A stretch of 49,847 nt of DNA, taken from NCBI GenBank assembly GCA_964576505.1, contig CAZNVD010000006.1, positions 741-50,587 on the forward strand, in the 5' to 3' direction. Source of the DNA: an uncultured Methanosarcinales archaeon (GTDB lineage Archaea > Nanobdellota > Nanobdellia > Woesearchaeales > WJKV01). The notes below the pieces were generated by a model. The model made no database searches. It was not told where the DNA came from and saw only the letters and a list, made by a program, of their open reading frames with translations. Both the position numbers and the translations under genes were made by a program. Position 1 is the first letter of the stretch. Each line of letters starts with the position of its first letter. This document shows, one piece after another, positions 1 to 8,409 of this stretch.

Positions 1-98
1 TTGGGTTTTTCTTCATTTGGTTCAAAGTTATATAAATTCGCATACATAACAAAAAAAGAATAGACACTCCAATATTTCAAAAGAAAATTGACAAATTA

Positions 99-368
99 TT
101 GGATAATTCTGAGCTATATGAATTAGAGAAATTCATAAGCAACATTAAGAGTGGTAATATCTCAGGTAAGCCATTAACATTTGACTTTTTAAGAGAGAAG
201 AAAATTGGCGGAAAGAGAATTTATTTTCTTGTTTATGAGGAAGTAAACATAGTTTTGTTAGTTAATGCAAGTAATAAAAAGTATCAGCAAGAAACAATCG
301 ACGAAATTAAGTTATTCCTTCCAGAATTTAAGAAATATGTGTATGAAATTTATAAAAATAAAACTTAA
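99..368 (+). CDS. RelE/ParE-superfamily-like toxin candidate
   Basis: 89-aa ORF. The pattern GKPL..FLREKKIGGKRIYFLVYEE.NIVLLV resembles RelE/StbE-type small toxins. The track start is TTG and the frame stays open back to nt 36, so the true start is uncertain. Confidence 0.45.
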   Translation: MDNSELYELEKFISNIKSGNISGKPLTFDFLREKKIGGKRIYFLVYEEVNIVLLVNASNKKYQQETIDEIKLFLPEFKKYVYEIYKNKT

Positions 369-502
369 CATTCTACGAATTTTCCTGATTTCAAATCTTT
401 CAATGCTTGCTTGAATTCACCAACTACTTCCCATTCAACTTGTTCCAATATCTTTAAGCGTTTGTATTCTGCCATTGGAATAGTTATTGTATCACTTTCC
501 AT
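365..502 (-). CDS. Unannotated 45-aa ORF, antitoxin-like (Phd/RelB C-terminal-like motif)
   Basis: Hand translation gives MESDTITIPMAEYKRLKILEQVEWEVVGEFKQALKDLKSGKFVEC. ATG is at 500-502 and TAA at 365-367. A TATA-like TTTAAATAAT (minus strand) lies at 521-530, about 20-28 nt upstream. It is below the 60-aa ORF-track cutoff. Its stop overlaps the stop of the convergent 99..368 ORF within TTAA. Confidence 0.35.
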   Translation of the reverse strand: MESDTITIPMAEYKRLKILEQVEWEVVGEFKQALKDLKSGKFVEC

Positions 503-586
503 ATTATCTTCAAGACATTTATTATTTAAATAGTTTGTGATTTGTTTTCTGCATCAACGCAATCACGATTCTTTTGTCTCTCAGTT

Positions 587-2413
587 TCATTCATACTTAA
601 TCCTATAAAGCACAGCTTCCGGTTTCTCAGCAGAAGGATACGCCCACTCTGCTTCCAGATATTTATCAAGTCCTCCATTCCATGGAGTATACCCATTCAT
701 TCTACTTGGTAACACAAACAGCAAAGGCCACTTGGCACATCTTTCACATGATCGTCCGGCTGGATCTGGCACAGTCGTCGCTGCAAAATATGAAATATTA
801 TATTCTGCCATCATTCCTCTGCTTGCTTCAGTATCAATCACGAACATGGGATCATACGCATCTGTAATCTTTCCATCTTGCGAAACCATCCACTCACTCT
901 GAATCCAATAAGTATCCCAGTAAAGATATGAAACATTATACTTTTTCAATAATGCCAACCGCACCTCATCATCATTTCCATAAATCATCAATGCAGCTTC
1001 CAGCTCACGCATATTTGTATCTGTAAATGGCGAATTATGTGCTTGCCTGTTAGCAACAACTTTCCTTCCACTCACAGAATTAAGCGCAAACCCTATCTCT
1101 TTAGTCGTCAGAATCACTTCATTCAATCCTACATTGGCTTTATCCAGAAACTTATCTGCTTCAACCAGTTGCTGAGGAAGGCTCTGATGAGCTGCTGATT
1201 CCCACGCTCCAAGTTCTGCGTCTGGTGTAAACGAATTACTTGAAACCAGCGCAACCAGAAATACTCCAACAAACACATATGCGCTAAATTTGGGAATCAT
1301 TTTAATTAAACGTTCAATGTGCATAATCCCGAGCAAAAGCATACTCAACCACAGACTAATAGCAAGGTATCTTGGAAACAGATTCATATCAATTAGCCGC
1401 GCTGGAATATATGAAAACGTTGTAATCACAGATGAGCCAACCAACACCCACGAAAGTTTTCTATGTTCACTATATTTCATAGACGAAAACAGCAACAAGA
1501 TGGCTGCATAAAACCCGATTGTCCTCACAATTTTCACAGGATTCTCAAAATCAAAAAATATGCCTTTCAGTGTTGTCCAGAACACATACTTTGCTCCTTC
1601 TGGAGTCGAAGCTTCATCTGCTCCCATCAACCATAACTCAGAGCGTTCATCCAATTTTGGAAGCAACGGCCCCCACATAATAAGAGTAATGCACAAAGTT
1701 ATGACGCCTGCAACTACCAGCATCCCGAGATGAGATAGTCTCATTTGTTTCTTAAACACTCTTGCTGCATACCAGACACACATGCACGCAAACAAAAGTC
1801 CAAGCAGTGGAAACGAAAAGCTGATCGCAAGTCCATTTAGTCCTCCAACTAATCCAAGCATAATCGCTCGCTTCCAGTTAGGTTTCTCATGAAAATACGT
1901 CAGACACAGAAGAAACAAAGGAAAGAATATTGCATATTCCATCTGTGTTCCCTTGAATATTTTACGAGGCACAGTAACAAACAATATACTATAAGCAGCA
2001 CACAACCATGGATTAGATGAATATCTTCTGAAAAGGAAATAACATACCACTAGAGCCATGAAATTAAACAACACTGACCCTAACCACATTGATGAAATCG
2101 TTGACAATCCAGAAAACTCAGACAATCCTGCAATAAGCACAGGATAAATAGGATAATAATGACTTGGCTGCCCTTGAAGGTGACAACTCGCAAGAGGATT
2201 ACCTCCATTCTTGACATGCTCAACACATCCCATTGAAAAGTAATGGTCTCCTCCATAAATAGGAGAAGCAAGCCCCTCAAATCCAAGTGACCAGATGAAA
2301 TGAAACGAAAGCAATCCAAGGAATATCACAACCAAAATATGTTCAGCTTTAATCTGTTTTCCAAATTCAAAAGAATCTTCCCTCATCGCATCCTTCTTTT
2401 CAATTTCACTCAT
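587..2413 (-). CDS. Polytopic GT-C-fold membrane glycosyltransferase (PMT/ArnT/AglS-like) with C-terminal soluble domain
   Basis: 608 aa. About 12 hydrophobic helices are followed by a soluble domain of about 200 aa. An acidic/aromatic first loop (GGDHYF) is present. Its start overlaps the stop of the upstream gene by 4 nt. It sits in a glycosylation cluster. Confidence 0.5.
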   Translation of the reverse strand: MSEIEKKDAMREDSFEFGKQIKAEHILVVIFLGLLSFHFIWSLGFEGLASPIYGGDHYFSMGCVEHVKNGGNPLASCHLQGQPSHYYPIYPVLIAGLSEFSGLSTISSMWLGSVLFNFMALVVCYFLFRRYSSNPWLCAAYSILFVTVPRKIFKGTQMEYAIFFPLFLLCLTYFHEKPNWKRAIMLGLVGGLNGLAISFSFPLLGLLFACMCVWYAARVFKKQMRLSHLGMLVVAGVITLCITLIMWGPLLPKLDERSELWLMGADEASTPEGAKYVFWTTLKGIFFDFENPVKIVRTIGFYAAILLLFSSMKYSEHRKLSWVLVGSSVITTFSYIPARLIDMNLFPRYLAISLWLSMLLLGIMHIERLIKMIPKFSAYVFVGVFLVALVSSNSFTPDAELGAWESAAHQSLPQQLVEADKFLDKANVGLNEVILTTKEIGFALNSVSGRKVVANRQAHNSPFTDTNMRELEAALMIYGNDDEVRLALLKKYNVSYLYWDTYWIQSEWMVSQDGKITDAYDPMFVIDTEASRGMMAEYNISYFAATTVPDPAGRSCERCAKWPLLFVLPSRMNGYTPWNGGLDKYLEAEWAYPSAEKPEAVLYRIKYE

Positions 2414-3966
2414 GCCTTCAACCCCAGTTTCCAGATTTTCTGATTATACTTGACAAACTGAATTTCCGCTTGATGGAAATCTTCAGTTTCCTTGCTTCCC
2501 ACATAAGTAACATTAAACTGTTCACCAATAAGTTTTCGTGCCACTCCTTGTGAATCATACCCAAGACTTGATTCAGTAAGATAGATTGATCTTCCTTCTT
2601 TTAATTTTTCATGCATTTCAACAATCCATTTCATAATCTCCATTTCGCTCCCAATAGGAGGACTGCTTGTTTCCCGCTTACCATAATATTTAATGAAAGG
2701 CGCATCATCTTTACTCAAGATAATGTCATCCTCTTGAGTAATTTCTTTAATATACAAAGCAAATTCCTTTCCCCCGCTATGCTCATGCCTGTAATCTAGA
2801 ATCGGATACACCAGCATAAACATGGACAACACAAAATACAAAACAGCCGCAGTCCCTATCCACCTATTTGCAGAGTACAGCATCCATCCGCCATACCCAA
2901 CACACAAAAACAAAGCCACAATTACCGCATCAAGATGTCGAGGCCTGTATCCACTGGTGTTTGCGAAATAAAAGAACAACACCGACCACAATACAATAAA
3001 CAGCGGCAGAAACACATTCTTCTTTGCAGCAGAAACATAAACAATTACAATAAATCCAATCAACCCGAATACCAGCATTCCAACCCCAGTCATCGTCAGC
3101 ACATCCTCAACTGCCATCCCCAAAGTAGGACTGTTAAATCCAAGCCATGACACAATTCCTGTTCCTTCCTCAAACAAAGTCCTGAAAATAACATCATACA
3201 ATGAAACCTTCAGCATAACTAACATCACAAGAATCATTGGAACTATTGCAGCAATCAGATTCTTGATACCAAACGAAACTTTCTTGAATTTGATATGCAA
3301 CGGTACAATTGAAATCTGTGGCATAATATAAAGCAGATAAAAGAACGGCATATACACAATCATATTTTCCCTAACACTTGTACTGAGCGCAGTAACAATA
3401 GTCCCAAGGGCAATAAATTTCCATGAATCCTTCCGAAGTCCCACAAGCAGCAGCCAAAACCCAAGAAACAGAACAAATAATCCTGTTCCATGCTCTTTCC
3501 CAACAGTATTTGTACTCAAATACGCCGGACTCACTGAAAACAACATTGACGTAAATACAGCCACTGGCGTATTCTTGGTCAATTCCTGAATAAACAAAAA
3601 TAATGCCGCCACACTCAATGCATGAAACAATACTCCTGCGAACAGCAACGGCCACTCCGCTTCATAACCAAGTATCCAGAATGGTAAATACACAAGACCA
3701 TGCAAAATCACAGACCCGTATCTCTGATTAATCTGCCCGTGCAATTCTCCCGTTTCAAACGTCTTCTCAACAGCCTGTGCAAGAATTATAGAATCATAAT
3801 GAAATAATCCATCATTCATGAATCTGATTCCCAGGGCAAGCGAACTAATAAACAGAATTAAGCTTATTGTTAAAACAATGTTTCCTCTAATTGCAATTTT
3901 TTCTTTAATCTTATTTATTGCAGAGTCCCACACTCTATTGCAGTGATGATTAAACCCCTCGCTCAT
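2410..3966 (-). CDS. Polytopic GT-C-fold membrane glycosyltransferase (ArnT/PMT_2-like)
   Basis: 518 aa. It has multiple TM helices and a short C-terminal soluble domain. It is translationally coupled (ATGA overlap) to 587..2413. Confidence 0.5.
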   Translation of the reverse strand: MSEGFNHHCNRVWDSAINKIKEKIAIRGNIVLTISLILFISSLALGIRFMNDGLFHYDSIILAQAVEKTFETGELHGQINQRYGSVILHGLVYLPFWILGYEAEWPLLFAGVLFHALSVAALFLFIQELTKNTPVAVFTSMLFSVSPAYLSTNTVGKEHGTGLFVLFLGFWLLLVGLRKDSWKFIALGTIVTALSTSVRENMIVYMPFFYLLYIMPQISIVPLHIKFKKVSFGIKNLIAAIVPMILVMLVMLKVSLYDVIFRTLFEEGTGIVSWLGFNSPTLGMAVEDVLTMTGVGMLVFGLIGFIVIVYVSAAKKNVFLPLFIVLWSVLFFYFANTSGYRPRHLDAVIVALFLCVGYGGWMLYSANRWIGTAAVLYFVLSMFMLVYPILDYRHEHSGGKEFALYIKEITQEDDIILSKDDAPFIKYYGKRETSSPPIGSEMEIMKWIVEMHEKLKEGRSIYLTESSLGYDSQGVARKLIGEQFNVTYVGSKETEDFHQAEIQFVKYNQKIWKLGLKA

Positions 3967-4024
3967 GTATGTGCCAGCAATCTAATCTATTATATAAATA
4001 TTAGTCGTGCACAGATGAGTGATA

Positions 4025-4118
4025 TATAGTGGAGGGCCATATTATTAATACAAGATTCCTCCACTATATTCGAAGAGCTTTACAAATAAGTATTAAAATT
4101 TAAAGCTCTTCGTTATAT
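4025..4118. repeat. Double-hairpin element, copy 1 (left direct repeat flanking the vapBC cassette)
   Basis: Hairpin 1 pairs TATAGTGGAGG (4025-4035) with CCTCCACTATA (4058-4068), an 11-bp perfect stem. Hairpin 2 pairs CGAAGAGCTTTA (4071-4082) with TAAAGCTCTTCG (4101-4112), a 12-bp perfect stem. It is about 80% identical to 5228-5327. Confidence 0.8.
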
Positions 4119-4121
4119 TTC

Positions 4122-4490
4122 TTATTTCTTTAGAAATTCAACATTATTCAGATCTTTGAATTGTTCATCTCCTGTAAGAAATTTAATGTTATTGCGGAAT
4201 GCATATGTGTATCCAATACAATCAGCATAAGATAACTTTCTTTTGTTGTGCTTTGCCCTAAATTCAGTCGCCTCGATAATAGTGAGAGGATCCACTTCTC
4301 TGCAACAACCACTTAGAGTATTGCAGATTTCTTCAGCTTTTTTTCTTCCAAATTCTTTGAAAACTGAATAAGTAACTTCTGCGAGATTGAAAACAGTTAT
4401 GATGATCTCTTGCTGCTGGTAGTTTGCATAAGCTGGATTTCCTTTGCTGATTTCAATGATTGCATAACTATCGAAAAAGTATCTGCTCAC
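4122..4490 (-). CDS. vapC: PIN-domain ribonuclease toxin VapC
   Basis: 122 aa. It has an N-terminal YFFDS acidic motif, SYADC and TGD motifs. Its start overlaps the stop of the upstream antitoxin gene by 4 nt. Confidence 0.8.
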   Translation of the reverse strand: MSRYFFDSYAIIEISKGNPAYANYQQQEIIITVFNLAEVTYSVFKEFGRKKAEEICNTLSGCCREVDPLTIIEATEFRAKHNKRKLSYADCIGYTYAFRNNIKFLTGDEQFKDLNNVEFLKK

Positions 4491-4702
4491 TCCCAGCCCT
4501 CACGCATTTCATCCTTAATTTTCTGTGTTGGTGTCTTCCATCCGGAAATTGACCCAAATAGATCAAGTACAAGACGTTTTTTTTTAATTTCTACCACAAT
4601 CTTGTCATGTTCTGAGATATGTTCCTTCATTACAATTTCTTTAGGAATAATTATCCCTAGTGAGCTGCCCCACTTTTTTGTTACACATTCAATCTCAGTC
4701 AT
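4487..4702 (-). CDS. vapB: AbrB/SpoVT/MazE-type antitoxin VapB
   Basis: 71 aa. KKWGSSLGIIIPKEIV is a swapped-hairpin AbrB-like motif. It lies immediately upstream of vapC and overlaps it. Confidence 0.75.
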   Translation of the reverse strand: MTEIECVTKKWGSSLGIIIPKEIVMKEHISEHDKIVVEIKKKRLVLDLFGSISGWKTPTQKIKDEMREGWE

Positions 4703-4720
4703 ATCGAGTATTTACCTCAG

Positions 4721-4740
4721 TTAGTTATATTTAGTTATAT
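4721..4740 (-). promoter_or_regulatory. vapBC promoter/operator: perfect 10-nt tandem repeat TTAGTTATAT x2 containing TATA-like sequence
   Basis: ttagttatat occurs at 4721-4730 and again at 4731-4740, 19-38 nt upstream of the vapB ATG (4702). The one-helical-turn spacing fits antitoxin autoregulation. Confidence 0.4.
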
Positions 4741-4840
4741 TTGTAATTTAAAAGCCTTTCTAATTGCCAGATAAACCTTTAAAAAATAGGGATTTACGAG
4801 TTTCTAAAATGTGTTTTTTACAAACAGTGAGGATCGAAAC

Positions 4841-5182
4841 ATGGAAAACAATATGTATCAGAAAATGAAGAGAGACACCATCTATGCTGCCACCGCAGTA
4901 ATTCTTGGCATGGGCAGTTGTGGAATTTACACTCAATACTCAAAAAATCAAATGAAATCATCTACTCCTGCAACATTGTCTGCAGCCCCATATCCAGGCT
5001 TAAATTTAGATTCAATGCTCCGTCCATACATAAATATGTTTGGTTCCGAAGCTGTAAATTTAGCTGAATTGATTGGGTTGTTAACTAAACCAGTTGCTCC
5101 TGCATTTGCTCCTGGTGCATTTGAAGTAGATACTAGCTACAATGTTGTTGGCGAAATCAGAGCGGGATTTGATAATAAATAA
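4841..5182 (+). CDS. Hypothetical small membrane-anchored or secreted protein
   Basis: The ORF-track start is GTG at 4811. The in-frame ATG at 4841 is preceded by GTGAGG. One hydrophobic segment ends in LGMGSCG, which is weakly lipobox-like. I recognised no family. Confidence 0.4.
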   Translation: MENNMYQKMKRDTIYAATAVILGMGSCGIYTQYSKNQMKSSTPATLSAAPYPGLNLDSMLRPYINMFGSEAVNLAELIGLLTKPVAPAFAPGAFEVDTSYNVVGEIRAGFDNK

Positions 5183-5227
5183 TTTTTTTCTTTCATATTT
5201 TCTTGCAACCAACTGTTTCTAAGAATC

Positions 5228-5327
5228 TATAGTGGAGGAACAATAATTAAACTAAAAATATTTGCTCCACTATATCCGAAGAGCTTTACAAATTATTATT
5301 ATTAAAACTTAAAGCTCTTCGTTATAC
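5228..5327. repeat. Double-hairpin element, copy 2 (right direct repeat; overlaps the 3-prime end of the GT2 gene)
   Basis: Hairpin 1 pairs 5228-5237 with 5265-5274. Hairpin 2 pairs CGAAGAGCTTTA (5277-5288) with TAAAGCTCTTCG (5310-5321). The right arm of hairpin 2 encodes the last codons (KYNEEL stop) of 5309..6058. Confidence 0.8.
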
Positions 5328-6058
5328 TTGTATCGTCCACAAATATCATTCCATCGGATTCGAATTATGTCTTTAAACATCACAATACTATCCCGAACTG
5401 GCCTGACTTTACTTCTTTCATTATTTATCCACACAACAGGCACTTCAATAATCCGTTTTCCAGCTTTCTTTGCAAGATAAAGCAACTCAACATCAAAACT
5501 ATAACGTTCAATAGTTTGCATCTCAAACTGTTTTCTGCAACCATTTAACAACTTAAATCCGCATTGAGTATCTTTAATATTTAGCCCTGTAAATATTCGC
5601 ACCAGCAGATTAAACACCCTTCCCATGATCCGACGATGCAAAGGTTGTTTTTTCTTAATCGAGCTTTCAGCCATAGCTCTCGACCCTATAATCACATCAT
5701 ATGCAGTCAAAAGCTCAAGAAAATGATCAAGCTCATTAATAGGTGTACTCAAATCCGCATCAGTAAACAGTACAAGATCATATTTCGCGAGCAATGCACC
5801 TTCCCGCACACTATACCCTTTCCCTCTATTAGGCCGCGGTTTATTGATCCGCACACGTTTATCTTTTTTGCAGATCTGCTCAGTAAATTCACGAGTCCTG
5901 TCTGCGCTTGAATCTTCTACAACAATAATTTCCCAGTCATCAATAATCGAATTCTGCTCAAGATACTTAATAACAGTTCTAATTGTATTTTGAATAACAG
6001 TTTCTTCTTTAAAAGCTGGAATAACGACTGATAGCTGTATTGTTTGTTCTTCTTTCAT
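5309..6058 (-). CDS. GT2 family dolichyl-phosphate hexose synthase (Dol-P-Glc/Man synthase, ALG5/DPM1/AglD-like)
   Basis: 249 aa. Motifs are LSVVIPAFKEE, IIVVEDSSADRT, NRGKGYSVREG and FTDADLSTP, the last being the DxD region. Confidence 0.75.
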   Translation of the reverse strand: MKEEQTIQLSVVIPAFKEETVIQNTIRTVIKYLEQNSIIDDWEIIVVEDSSADRTREFTEQICKKDKRVRINKPRPNRGKGYSVREGALLAKYDLVLFTDADLSTPINELDHFLELLTAYDVIIGSRAMAESSIKKKQPLHRRIMGRVFNLLVRIFTGLNIKDTQCGFKLLNGCRKQFEMQTIERYSFDVELLYLAKKAGKRIIEVPVVWINNERSKVRPVRDSIVMFKDIIRIRWNDICGRYKYNEEL

Positions 6059-6158
6059 CGCTAAAGGAAAATATCAGGTGTTTATTAAAATGATTGGAAC
6101 AAGTCAAACCTTCTGCCCTATCGTTAAACATATTAATTAGATTCATTCACCAACCGCG

Positions 6159-7889
6159 ATGACTGAAAAAAAAGGGGATGATCATCATAAGAACGCCGAG
6201 GTTGTCGAACAAAAAGAAGATTCTATCACTTTTGATTTCTCATTCTTAACCAAATGTAAACCAGAATTATTGTTTCTGTTATTTTTCCTATTTATTTTCA
6301 CCCTCTCAATCTCAAGACTTTCAACAGGTATTGTTGACAACGAAACTCCTGCCTTCTTTTTTGCAAGAGACGCATTCTGGTCATCCCAGATGGCAATCAC
6401 CTTGGACGAAAGAGGCACATTTGACCAGCGTTCTTACTATGAAATGGATGGGAACACCGATGCAAGCTATCACCGTCCACCGCTATTCGGAATCCTCTCA
6501 GTAACCATAGCAAATTTCGCAGGCATCTCTACTCTCAACGCTGCCTATCATCTCAGTCTTATTGTGAGTTTGCTCCTGATGCTCCTCATATTCCTAATTC
6601 TCCGGACCATCAACCCAACCATTGCCGTACTTGCAATGCCTTTAACCCTCTATATAGTTCAGGTCCCATTCTATACCTACCTCACTTGGGGCCACTGGTT
6701 CACCGCCCTCAACATGGTATTCTCAATTGCAGCAGCCTGGGCTTTTATTGAATTAGACAAGAAAAACACGTGGCTTCTTCTTTCAATATTTATCTCAGCA
6801 GGTCTCCTCACCCACGTTCGTGAAACCATATACTTCCTTGTATTTCCGGTTGCATGGTTCATCTTTTCGATTCTTAGCAGTAATTTTCCTCGAAAAGAAT
6901 TCTTGCAATTCACAAAAGCTACAGTAATTTCATTGGTAATTTCAGCCGCCTTCCTTCCGTACACAATATTTCAGCTAACTCAGAAATCAAATGATCCTCT
7001 GTTTAATCTCTCTCTTTCAGTCAACCCCGACACTCCCTTGTGGTCAAATTTCGGTTTCATGAAATACATCCTTATTGTCGCAATAATTGCAGGACTTCTC
7101 ACTTTCTTCACAACAAAGAATCAGTCTTTAAGAAAAGCTATCCTTTTTTCCCTCACCTTCTTTGCTCTTACATTTATTGGTTACCTTGTTCCTTTATTCA
7201 AAAAAGCAGTTTCCCAGACTAGATACTTTTGGCCTCTGGTACTCGCCATAGTCTTCGGTATTCTCCTTTACACAATTCTCACAAATCTCTCATCAATACT
7301 AAAAATCTCAAAGTCAAAACACCTCGGGCTTGGAATCTTTGTCTCACTTATTATCACCCTCATTTTATTCAATACAGTTGTTCCATCTGAAATTCCACAA
7401 TATGGCTACATTATTCCTGAAATCTGGGATGGCTTGAAATGGATTGAAACAAACACAGGTCAGCATGAAACAGTTCTCTATTTATTTGGCGACACCATGT
7501 CAGGTGATTCATTATTCTGGATGGCAAAGCGTCCTTTCGCATGGGTTGCCCAGGACTTCTTGCTCGGTCAGGTTGGAAAAAATGAGCTTTCACCAACATT
7601 CAAATTCGGCGGTTCCGAAGCATACCGTTATGAAATAAAAACAGGCCCTCTCACCTATGATTACAAACTCAATCCTCCGGGCAACAAAACAATCTGCGAT
7701 TACAACTACGTTTACTCAGCACGAGGTTCTCAATACGACCAAGTCACAAAATACCTCGGAAAGACTCTGAATTTCTTCATAACTAATAGTTCATTCACCC
7801 CGGTTTACCAGAATCCATATATAATCATTTTACAAAACAAAAATCCAGGAGGTCCATGTTTTACTACAATTAAAAATGTCGTCAATTGA
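6159..7889 (+). CDS. Polytopic membrane protein, probable GT-C-like glycosyltransferase
   Basis: 576 aa. More than 10 TM helices are followed by a soluble C-terminal domain. The N-terminal cytoplasmic DSITFDFSF motif resembles the AglB N-terminus. It is divergent from the GT2 gene. Confidence 0.4.
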   Translation: MTEKKGDDHHKNAEVVEQKEDSITFDFSFLTKCKPELLFLLFFLFIFTLSISRLSTGIVDNETPAFFFARDAFWSSQMAITLDERGTFDQRSYYEMDGNTDASYHRPPLFGILSVTIANFAGISTLNAAYHLSLIVSLLLMLLIFLILRTINPTIAVLAMPLTLYIVQVPFYTYLTWGHWFTALNMVFSIAAAWAFIELDKKNTWLLLSIFISAGLLTHVRETIYFLVFPVAWFIFSILSSNFPRKEFLQFTKATVISLVISAAFLPYTIFQLTQKSNDPLFNLSLSVNPDTPLWSNFGFMKYILIVAIIAGLLTFFTTKNQSLRKAILFSLTFFALTFIGYLVPLFKKAVSQTRYFWPLVLAIVFGILLYTILTNLSSILKISKSKHLGLGIFVSLIITLILFNTVVPSEIPQYGYIIPEIWDGLKWIETNTGQHETVLYLFGDTMSGDSLFWMAKRPFAWVAQDFLLGQVGKNELSPTFKFGGSEAYRYEIKTGPLTYDYKLNPPGNKTICDYNYVYSARGSQYDQVTKYLGKTLNFFITNSSFTPVYQNPYIIILQNKNPGGPCFTTIKNVVN

Positions 7890-8358
7890 TAACACAGAAA
7901 ATCCCAAAAGGATTTTCTGGGTCCCCGGAAATTGGAATAACAAATTAGAGCCGCCTACAGGTAGTAGTCTTCGAACTGTGGTTGGTGGTTCTCCAATTTC
8001 CGATGTAAAAAAGGAAGCTTTGTATGCCGCATTCGCAGCAGTTACCACATTTGCAATATTATTCATTCTGTATTTCACTAATCCTCTCCTTACCACAATC
8101 CGTCTTACTCTCTCCTATCTTTACTTTTTTACTTTGCCTGGTGTACTTATACTCACATTATTCTTTGATCTTGATGCATTCACGCGATACATAATTGGAA
8201 CCATTTTGGGAATGGCAGTCTACGGCATCCTCACCTATTACATCCTGGTGATATTCCCTGTCAACATTCACGACTTCTATTTTTATGTCCCACTACTGCT
8301 TGTATTCTTGATTCTCGGAATCAAACGCATCTCAGTTTCATTTGAAACAAAAGACTAG
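7876..8358 (+). CDS. Small 4-TM membrane protein (hypothetical)
   Basis: 160 aa. It overlaps the upstream gene by 14 nt. It has four hydrophobic helices. Confidence 0.4.
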   Translation: MSSIDNTENPKRIFWVPGNWNNKLEPPTGSSLRTVVGGSPISDVKKEALYAAFAAVTTFAILFILYFTNPLLTTIRLTLSYLYFFTLPGVLILTLFFDLDAFTRYIIGTILGMAVYGILTYYILVIFPVNIHDFYFYVPLLLVFLILGIKRISVSFETKD

Positions 8359-8409
8359 ATTTCTCTTACATAAACCTTTAAAACCCAAAACTCACGCTCT
8401 ATCCTATTT

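Noticed and set aside
4122-5227. The direct-repeat-flanked cassette as a complete mobile element (IS, integron cassette or integrative element).
   Set aside because: It encodes no transposase, integrase or recombinase. It has no terminal inverted repeats beyond the hairpin element itself. It is reported only as an insertion or recombination footprint.
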